Shown here one piece after another: positions 9,001-15,490 of a DNA stretch of 20,000 nucleotides. The position numbers were made by a program, and so were the translations under genes. Each line of letters begins with the position of its first letter. Position 1 is the stretch's first letter. The stretch lies in the IMG/VR virus record IMGVR_UViG_3300021959_000013. One strand, written 5' to 3'. Under the pieces are notes generated by a model. It saw only the letters and a list, made by a program, of their open reading frames with translations, was not told where the DNA came from and ran no database searches. The DNA comes from an uncultured virus (IMG/VR IMGVR_UViG_3300021959_000013). Lineage: Duplodnaviria > Heunggongvirae > Uroviricota > Caudoviricetes.

Positions 9001-10285
9001 TTTATCAAGAACGAATAGGTCAGTTTTAAAAATAGCTGATAATGACACTATTGGTTATATGAGTGCTGAAAATGGCTTATTAAGTATAGGTAGAAATTCA
9101 GGACTTAATGCAGCTAACATTAATATTGATAGTTCAAACAGGGTGGGTATAGGTACAACTTCGCCTGCGGTTGGTTTAGATGTTGGTTCTAAAACAGATG
9201 CAATAAGAGTTCCAAATGGAACAACAGGTCAAAGACCAACTGCAGCTTTAGGACAATTAAGATATAATACAACAACATCAGAATTTGAAGGATATGCTGC
9301 TGGTGCATGGGGTAAAATAGGCGGTGGCGGAGATTCATTCGGAACCATTGCTGTTGCAGGCCAAACAAATATAGTTGCAGAACAAGAAAATGATACACTT
9401 ACAATAGTAGGGGCAGGTGGTATTACAGCCACAACAACTGCAGGGACAGATACACTTACATTAACTGGCCAAACTTCAGTCAATCCATTTACAACAGATT
9501 TCTTTACAACTGCAAATAATTCAACCACAGCATTTACCTTAAGTGTTACGCCACCAAGTGAAGATAACTTAATAGTATTTATGGAAGGTGTATATCAAAA
9601 TAAAAATTCATATACATTAAGTGGTACAACATTAACATTAGATGCAGCTCCAGCTTCTGGTACAGAAGTAGTAGTTCATATAATACAAAATGGTGTTGTA
9701 GGAGCTGGACATGTTGTTGATGAATTTACTGGAAATGGTAGCACAGCAGCTTATACATTATCAGTTACTCCTTTAAATGAAAATAATACTTTCGTATATT
9801 TAGATGGTGTGTATCAAGAAAAATCAACATATAGCGTAAGTGGTAACACATTAACATTTCCAGCAAATATAACAAGTGGACATAGTATAGAAGTTATCAC
9901 ACCACAACTTACAGAAATAAATCAACCGGCCGTTGGGTCGATTGATAATGTTAATATGTTTAGTGGCTTACAAGCTTCAGAGATAACATCAACAACTGTA
10001 GCATCGACAAGTGCAACGACAATTGCAACACATGCTGTAGCTACATATAGGTCAGTTAAATATAATGTACAAATTACCCAAGGCAGTAATTATCATACTA
10101 CTGAAATAAATGTTTTGCATAATGGTACTACAGCTTATATAACAGAATATGGAACAATTTTTAGTGGTTCTTCTTTAGCAACATTTGATGCTACAATTAG
10201 TAGTGGTAATTTATTATTACAAATAACTATGGGAAGTGCAAATTCAGCAACAATTAAGGTAGTTTCAACGGCAATACCTGTATAA
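6020..10285 (+). CDS. Large multidomain virion fibre/scaffold protein (GELA N-domain, cupredoxin-like domain, internal repeats, four small beta-sandwich domains, conserved-looking C-domain)
   Basis: 1421 aa; TTG start with a good SD; IKLRRS...LDLGELALNTNDGKLY; GHP...YYQCTAHGYMG; VPNGTTGQRP...GQLRYNTTTSEFEGY; four (V/L)Yx[DN]GVxQ/L...Y.VSGTTLTF-type domains; C-terminal YRSVKYNVQI...EINVLHNGTTAYITEYG. Confidence 0.85.
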   Translation: MARNTNIKLRRSATAAAIPTTSNLDLGELALNTNDGKLYMKTTEGSLDSVIQVGSATDTYFKIRKTVNQNFTVTVASKTTDHVYNGLGSSSGYIINGIESPHLNFVPGNSYQFDQSDGSNSGHPLRFYYDAAKTTAYTAGVTTNGTAGSSGAYTKIVPTKDTPMVLYYQCTAHGYMGGSVSFATRNLTGFDTDELGEGSSNLYFTNARARGAISVTDSGGDGSLAYNSSTGVITYTGPSASEVRAHFSAGTGIGISGGTISTSITQYTDALARAAISVTDSGGDGSLAYNNSTGVITYTGPSAAEVRAHLSAGTGVTYSGGQISIGQAVATTSNVQFNNVQVDGTLTSDDITSTNIAATGNLTVSGNLTVNGTTTTLNTATLDVEDKNITLNKGSGDTSGSANGAGITIQDAVNSSTDATILWNTTSDAFDFSHPLTITSTTTNDTLLLTTTEASSSAAPVLTFKRNSGSPADADYLGQLKFKGENDADQEVVYAKVTAKIQDASDGSEDGLLEFANRKAGSNVITARLRSDSLQLLNGTSLVVAGLTYPTSDGTSGQALVTDGSGNLSFSTISSGGGTVTEAFKNIAVSGQTNIVADAATDTLTFAAGSGIQLTTTPGTDTLTITSTATGSVTEAFKTIAVSGQTNIVADSATDTLTLAAGSNMTITQDASTDTITFASSGGGGGQSALYKEYVYTPGSNTTTFSGSDANGSTLSYTVGYISVYLNGVLLKPTTDYTATNGTSVVLVNTAVSGDVIQIATFVQIVGSGDSAITAVTYSGSGTITLSANPNHENNTQLYIDGVYQNKDTYSVSGTTLTFSTTPPAGALVEVVIGSRNVTVDDVEGLTVNGDLTVDTDVLYVDSTNNKVGIGTTNPGELLEVNSDGSDADGAVLLLKHANNNTTDVISTIKFANNAGSVANIQAGTLGSNSTGYITFNTDITNTSAERMRIHSNGYVGIGTASPTATLTVGALSSGQTGNVVINNEGGNIATLEVLSRTNRSVLKIADNDTIGYMSAENGLLSIGRNSGLNAANINIDSSNRVGIGTTSPAVGLDVGSKTDAIRVPNGTTGQRPTAALGQLRYNTTTSEFEGYAAGAWGKIGGGGDSFGTIAVAGQTNIVAEQENDTLTIVGAGGITATTTAGTDTLTLTGQTSVNPFTTDFFTTANNSTTAFTLSVTPPSEDNLIVFMEGVYQNKNSYTLSGTTLTLDAAPASGTEVVVHIIQNGVVGAGHVVDEFTGNGSTAAYTLSVTPLNENNTFVYLDGVYQEKSTYSVSGNTLTFPANITSGHSIEVITPQLTEINQPAVGSIDNVNMFSGLQASEITSTTVASTSATTIATHAVATYRSVKYNVQITQGSNYHTTEINVLHNGTTAYITEYGTIFSGSSLATFDATISSGNLLLQITMGSANSATIKVVSTAIPV
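6653..6982 (+). repeat. Direct duplication with 189-bp (63-aa) period in ORF5
   Basis: AISVTDSGGDGSLAYNSSTGVITYTGPSASEVRAHFSAGTG (from 6653) versus AISVTDSGGDGSLAYNNSTGVITYTGPSAAEVRAHLSAGTG (from 6842); most differences are synonymous. Confidence 0.95.
7757..8062 (+). repeat. Direct duplication with 159-bp (53-aa) period in ORF5; third copy near 9332-9470
   Basis: VTEAFKNIAVSGQTNIVADAATDTLTFAAGS (7757) / VTEAFKTIAVSGQTNIVADSATDTLTLAAGS (7916) / DSFGTIAVAGQTNIVAEQENDTLTIVGAG. Confidence 0.9.
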
Positions 10286-10288
10286 ATA
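10281..10288 (+). promoter_or_regulatory. T4-type late promoter
   Basis: Exact TATAAATA overlapping the last codon and stop (GTA TAA) of ORF5. Confidence 0.8.
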
Positions 10289-10320
10289 GAATAATAAAAC
10301 GATGGAGAGTGAAATCGTAA

Positions 10321-12870
10321 ATGGCAAATAAAAATTTCGAAATAAAAAACGGTTTAACAGTAGCAGGTACTGAGCGTATCACTGCGGCTGGTGCCGGTTC
10401 ATTAACAAACCTTACATTAAGTGGAAACTTAACTGTTCAAGGTACTACTGTCACACTAGATGCTAGCACTTTACAAGTAGCAGATAAAAATATCGTTTTA
10501 AATTACCACGCATCTAATGATACCTCAAGTGCTGCCAATGGCGCAGGTATTACAATTCAAGACGCAGTTGATGGGTCAAATGACGCAACATTAACATGGG
10601 ATACCAGTCTTGATAAATTTGATTTATCGCATGGTTTACACATAGGTGATTCAGCCGCAATAGGAACTACAACAACTCCAGCTTTACAAATAGGTGGAAC
10701 AACAACATATCGTTTAGGATTATATACATCCGCTGAAGGTGGTGTTATTGAAAATAAAAATGGCGATGATGGTTTACAATTTAAAGTAAAAACTGCTGGT
10801 GAATCTATGAGAATAGATGGCGGAACAGGCAACGTTGGTATCGGAACAGCTTCTCCAGCTGCTAAACTTCATGTAGCAAATGCAGCAACAGAAGAATATA
10901 TTTTTGAAACTACAAGCAACAACACAAGGTCACAAGTAGAAGTTAAGTCAAAAGATAGTTCAGGTAATGCTGTTCAAACAAGATTATCTAGTATGGGTGA
11001 CGGTGCTTATGGAATGCTTTATACGCTTACGAATCATAATTTAACCTTTGGTACAAACAATGCTGCTCCTCAAATGAATTTAGATACTTCAGGAAAACTT
11101 GGGATTTCAACTACCGCTTCATTAAGTGGGAGTGATTATGGAATGCTTACCATTAAAAAGACTGGTAGTAATATATTTGGTGACAGTGCTATTACAATAA
11201 ATTCAGCAGACACAAACCAATCAACACTTGCATTAGGATTAACTAGTTCTCTTGCATATGTTGATTCTACAGAAAGCGGAAGTGGTACTGTATTACCTTT
11301 AGTATTTGCCACAGGTTCCGCCGAAAGAATGCGTATTAGTCCTTCCGGTGGTGTAGAAATAGGAGATGGAACAAACTATGGATATGTAAAAGTCATAAAT
11401 GATAGTGCAGTTGTACAATACTTAGATAGGCGTGGGTCAGATGGAGTTGTATTAGAAATTAGACATGCTGATTCAAAGGATGGTCAAATAAATACTCTAT
11501 CTGGAAGAATGGCAGTAGGGTCTGGTGATACAGGAATATTCTTTGATAGTACGAGAGATTGTCTTTCTCCTTTTAGTATGACATCTAATGATGGTAGAGG
11601 AGACCTTATTGATATAGGCAGAACTGGTGTAAAATTTAGGGACCTCCACCTATCAGGAACAGGGTACTTTGGAACCAGTGTACAAATAGCTGATTCTGCC
11701 AAGTTGGTAACTAAAACAACTAATGGTGAAGTAATAAGATTTGAAAGAGCAGGTGATTCGCTCAGATATTCTTCAATCCATGCAAATAGTACAGATGCTG
11801 GAGGTGCTTTTATACAATTTAAAGTACATACAGGAGCTAGTGCTACTTCACTAGCTGATGTAATGACTCTAAAGGGTAGTGGAAATGTTGGAATTGGCAC
11901 AACGACTGCAGCAGACCGCCTTCACATATCTGGTGGTAATATATTACTAGAAAATGCTTTAGAACTTAGATCGAAAGATACTGGCGGAAGTGTTAGAACA
12001 ATTACAAGAGTAAATAGCTCTAACGAATTAGAGTATGGTTGGTCAGGTGCTGGCCCAGTTAAATTCATGGGTGGTGGTTCATATACCGAGCGCATGAGAA
12101 TACACACAAATGGAAATATTGGTATTGGAACAAATGCTCCTGTATCTGAATTAGACATTTTTAATTCAACAAGTCCAACTATAAGTTTAGGCTACAATGG
12201 TGGTGGTGGAAATGGTGGAACTATAGATTGGAACTTAAACGTAGTATCAAGTCCTTTAACTGCACAAATAAAAGCAATAGATGATGGTAACTATAGAATG
12301 AATATGATATTTTCAACTAAAACATCAGCATCAGCCAGTTCTGGAATGTCAGAAAGAATGAGAATTACTAGTGCTGGAAGTTTTATAATTGGTAATACAG
12401 CTGAACCAACGGGTAGTAACGGAGGTGGTTCAGGATTTATCACAGATAGTGCAGGTAGAAAAAATCTGATATTAGCAACAACAAGTACAAGTCTTATTGA
12501 TATAGCAAACTTTAGAAACCCAAATGGTACTGTAGGAACTATAAGAACTAATGGGTCAAGTACATCATATTACACCTCATCAGACTATAGATTAAAAGAA
12601 AATGTAGTTACAGATTGGGATGCAACAACAAGATTAAAACAATTAAAACCTTCAAGGTTTAACTTTATAGCAGACGGTGATACTACTCTTGACGGTTTCT
12701 TAGCTCACGAAGTACAAGACATAGTTCCTGAAGCTACACACGGAACAAAGGATGAACTTGATAGCGATGGCAATCCTGAATATCAAGGTATCGATCACGC
12801 AAAACTTGTGCCGCTTTTAACTAAAGCACTACAAGAACTAGAAGCAAGAATAACAGATTTAGAAGGATAA
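10321..12870 (+). CDS. Tail fibre / receptor-binding protein with C-terminal Peptidase_S74 chaperone
   Basis: 849 aa; repeated ERMRI...GNVGIGT linkers; SDYRLKENV...GFLAHEVQDIVPEA...YQGIDHAKLVPLLTKALQEL (about 12580-12867). Confidence 0.88.
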   Translation: MANKNFEIKNGLTVAGTERITAAGAGSLTNLTLSGNLTVQGTTVTLDASTLQVADKNIVLNYHASNDTSSAANGAGITIQDAVDGSNDATLTWDTSLDKFDLSHGLHIGDSAAIGTTTTPALQIGGTTTYRLGLYTSAEGGVIENKNGDDGLQFKVKTAGESMRIDGGTGNVGIGTASPAAKLHVANAATEEYIFETTSNNTRSQVEVKSKDSSGNAVQTRLSSMGDGAYGMLYTLTNHNLTFGTNNAAPQMNLDTSGKLGISTTASLSGSDYGMLTIKKTGSNIFGDSAITINSADTNQSTLALGLTSSLAYVDSTESGSGTVLPLVFATGSAERMRISPSGGVEIGDGTNYGYVKVINDSAVVQYLDRRGSDGVVLEIRHADSKDGQINTLSGRMAVGSGDTGIFFDSTRDCLSPFSMTSNDGRGDLIDIGRTGVKFRDLHLSGTGYFGTSVQIADSAKLVTKTTNGEVIRFERAGDSLRYSSIHANSTDAGGAFIQFKVHTGASATSLADVMTLKGSGNVGIGTTTAADRLHISGGNILLENALELRSKDTGGSVRTITRVNSSNELEYGWSGAGPVKFMGGGSYTERMRIHTNGNIGIGTNAPVSELDIFNSTSPTISLGYNGGGGNGGTIDWNLNVVSSPLTAQIKAIDDGNYRMNMIFSTKTSASASSGMSERMRITSAGSFIIGNTAEPTGSNGGGSGFITDSAGRKNLILATTSTSLIDIANFRNPNGTVGTIRTNGSSTSYYTSSDYRLKENVVTDWDATTRLKQLKPSRFNFIADGDTTLDGFLAHEVQDIVPEATHGTKDELDSDGNPEYQGIDHAKLVPLLTKALQELEARITDLEG

Positions 12871-12873
12871 ATT

Positions 12874-15099
12874 ATGGCAACTAAAATAAAATTGATAGCA
12901 GATGATGCGATAAATGCAACTCACTTAGATTCTTCTGCGTCTCCACAATTTACAAATTTAACTCTGACTGGTAATTTAACAGTACAGGGTACAACTACTA
13001 CACTTGATACTACTAATTTACAAGTCACAGATAAAAATATAGTTTTAAACTATGGAACAGGAGATACTTCATCAGGAGTTGATGGAGCTGGTATTACAAT
13101 ACAGGATGCAGTTAATAGTTCAACTGATGCAACTATTTCATGGGTTGCTAGTAGTGATGAGTTTGCTTTTTCACACCCAGCTTCAATAGTTAATACTGTT
13201 GGTGGAGATACAGTATTAAATCTAACAGGGTCATACGGTTCAGGTAATAATGTTGCTTTTTTAGGATTTGCAAGAGTTGGTGGTGCAGTTGCAGGAGATA
13301 TTAGATATACCGATGCAACTACTGATATGGAAATTGGTACATCAACTGCTCATAAATTCTCATTAAAGACAAGCAATACAAAAAGATTAACTGTTGATTC
13401 TGCTGGTAAGGTTGGTATTGGTATTGTTGCTCCAACTACAGCTTTGCATGTTTCATCAGGTGATGGTAGTGCAGAATTAATATTACAAAGAACTGGAGCA
13501 CAAGCTTCAATATGGGGACTGAAACCATATAATGCTGATTTCTATATTAGAGAAAATGGTACAGACAGAATTACTGTTAAAGCTGGTGGTAATGTTGGAA
13601 TTGGAACGACAGACCCTGGCACTAAACTGGATATAGAGGGTGGTAGTGGTGGAGTAAGTGTTCGTGTAAAAGGTGATGTAGGTGGAGGTGCTTACTATTA
13701 TGGGTATATGTTTGATGGTACTAATGTAAGAGGAACTACTCAAACAAATATATTTTATTCTGGAAGTGCGATAGCAGCAAGTACAACAGTTGCAGAATAT
13801 GCAGGTCTAAGAATTGATGCACCTAATGTATCAGCATCAGGAGCTGTGGTTACAAACAATTATGCCATATACTCAAGCGGAACAGCACAGAAAAGTTACT
13901 TTGCAGGCAAGATTGGAATTGGTACGTCTAGTCCTAGTACTCCTTTACACGTTTATAGTAATACATCAGGAGTTATAGCCACTATATCAGGACCAAATAA
14001 TTATAACTCAGAAACAGGCATATCTTTAGCTATAGATAGAGCAAAAATATCAGGAGTTTTAAATGGAAGCGGGGGTACTCCGGGTGCTTCTTTACGTTTT
14101 CACACAATGCCTAATAGCGGAAGTTTAACAGAAAGAATGCGTATTGATTCTTCAGGAGATGTACTTATAGGGCAAACATCACAAACTGGATATGGTTTTG
14201 CACAAAAATTAGTAGTAGGTGATGGCGATAATAATGATGGTATTACTATTCAATCAGGTTCAACTCATCAAGGAAATTTAGCTTTTAATCATTCTGATGG
14301 TACGACTGCTCATGGAAGAATAAGTTATCAGCATGGTACTAACTATATGCAGTTCTTTACTAATAATACAGAAAGAATGCGTATTGATTCTTCAGGCACT
14401 GTTTATATTGGTCCAAATGGAAGTACTGCTGACCCTAGAATAACCAGACACTCAAATGGATATGATTATGTAAACAGTGGTAATAATAGGTGGTTAAAGG
14501 TAGGTGCTAGCAGCGGACACACTAATGTTGCTTTCCAAGATGGAGCGAGTGGAATCACAGTTTTTGAAACTGGTGGAACAGAGATGATGAGAATTGATAC
14601 TGACTATGTCGTACCTAAAATGAATTTTCATTTTGCTAATAATAACATTTATGCTGTATCTACCACAGGTGATGAACATTCATTATCAAATGGGGTTATG
14701 ATATTAAAACAGCAAATTACTGTCAGGGCAGGAAGTAAAATAATAGTTTGGTACGATAGTGGTCAAATACTTAATAACAATCAGGGTGGTAATGGTTCAA
14801 CTAATAGTAATCCACAAATTGCTATATATGTTGATTCAAATAGTTCAGCTCCTAGTAGAGGCTCTGCGAATATGATTAATAACAACACAGACCATGTTAT
14901 GTATCCGGCCGGGAATATAGGAAATGCTAGGGCTAAAATGCATGGTCATGGAGCAACTGGAACAATATCATCAGGGGGAACATATTACATTTATATGTAC
15001 GGTGGTTCGTACAATAATGGACAATTTACATTTAATTACCAAAACTCTTCAGGTAATACCAGAGGGTCGAGTATTATTTGGGCGGAGGTTAAAGCATAA
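12874..15099 (+). CDS. Tail fibre / receptor-binding protein without S74 domain; globular beta-rich C-terminal tip
   Basis: 741 aa; SD-like AGAAGGA upstream; N-terminal module shared with ORF5 and ORF6; ERMRIDSSG/GNVGIGT linkers; C-terminus ...SSIIWAEVKA. Confidence 0.85.
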   Translation: MATKIKLIADDAINATHLDSSASPQFTNLTLTGNLTVQGTTTTLDTTNLQVTDKNIVLNYGTGDTSSGVDGAGITIQDAVNSSTDATISWVASSDEFAFSHPASIVNTVGGDTVLNLTGSYGSGNNVAFLGFARVGGAVAGDIRYTDATTDMEIGTSTAHKFSLKTSNTKRLTVDSAGKVGIGIVAPTTALHVSSGDGSAELILQRTGAQASIWGLKPYNADFYIRENGTDRITVKAGGNVGIGTTDPGTKLDIEGGSGGVSVRVKGDVGGGAYYYGYMFDGTNVRGTTQTNIFYSGSAIAASTTVAEYAGLRIDAPNVSASGAVVTNNYAIYSSGTAQKSYFAGKIGIGTSSPSTPLHVYSNTSGVIATISGPNNYNSETGISLAIDRAKISGVLNGSGGTPGASLRFHTMPNSGSLTERMRIDSSGDVLIGQTSQTGYGFAQKLVVGDGDNNDGITIQSGSTHQGNLAFNHSDGTTAHGRISYQHGTNYMQFFTNNTERMRIDSSGTVYIGPNGSTADPRITRHSNGYDYVNSGNNRWLKVGASSGHTNVAFQDGASGITVFETGGTEMMRIDTDYVVPKMNFHFANNNIYAVSTTGDEHSLSNGVMILKQQITVRAGSKIIVWYDSGQILNNNQGGNGSTNSNPQIAIYVDSNSSAPSRGSANMINNNTDHVMYPAGNIGNARAKMHGHGATGTISSGGTYYIYMYGGSYNNGQFTFNYQNSSGNTRGSSIIWAEVKA

Positions 15100-15455
15100 T
15101 GGAAAGTTTAATACAAGAAGAAAAAGATATTTACAGTGGTTATCCAACAGCTTTAGGAAATTTAAAACCAGGAGCAAGTTGGAGTATATCAGAAAATGAT
15201 TACGATACTTTAGTGTGGCATGACACTAACACACTTACAATGCCAACTAAAGCACAATTAGACGATGAAGTCACAAGGCTAAAAGCTGAATGGGATTCGA
15301 AACAAATAGAAGTAGGTATTAAAAGAAAAGTAGAGTATCCTCCAATAGAAGATTTTGCTGATGCGATGTATTGGAGCAGTAAAGGCGATGATAGTAAATT
15401 AACATCATATTATGCAGCATGTAAGGCAGTAAAAGATAAATATCCTAAGGGATAA
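15099..15455 (+). CDS. Probable tail-fibre assembly / fibre-associated protein (XkdW/Tfa-like role)
   Basis: 118 aa; TAATG coupling to the S74-less fibre; L.PGASWSI...W...PTKAQLDDE..RL...R..EYPPI.D..DA.Y...AVKDKYPK pattern seen in small proteins that follow fibres in marine phages; function inferred from position. Confidence 0.6.
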   Translation: MESLIQEEKDIYSGYPTALGNLKPGASWSISENDYDTLVWHDTNTLTMPTKAQLDDEVTRLKAEWDSKQIEVGIKRKVEYPPIEDFADAMYWSSKGDDSKLTSYYAACKAVKDKYPKG

Positions 15456-15477
15456 ACAGCAAACGAAAACTCAGGGG

Positions 15478-15485
15478 TATAAATA
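15478..15485 (+). promoter_or_regulatory. T4-type late promoter
   Basis: Exact intergenic TATAAATA, 5 nt before ATG 15491. Confidence 0.85.
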
Positions 15486-15490
15486 GATAA

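Noticed and set aside
14590..15099. Asn-rich fibre tip as a possible diversity-generating retroelement target or template
   Set aside because: No reverse transcriptase, no second copy differing only at adenines and no CLec-type ending seen in the window; cannot be excluded for the rest of the genome
14924..15199. Alternative-frame + strand ORF of 91 aa across the ORF7/ORF8 junction
   Set aside because: Overlaps two well-supported genes, has atypical composition and no evident slippery site; likely chance
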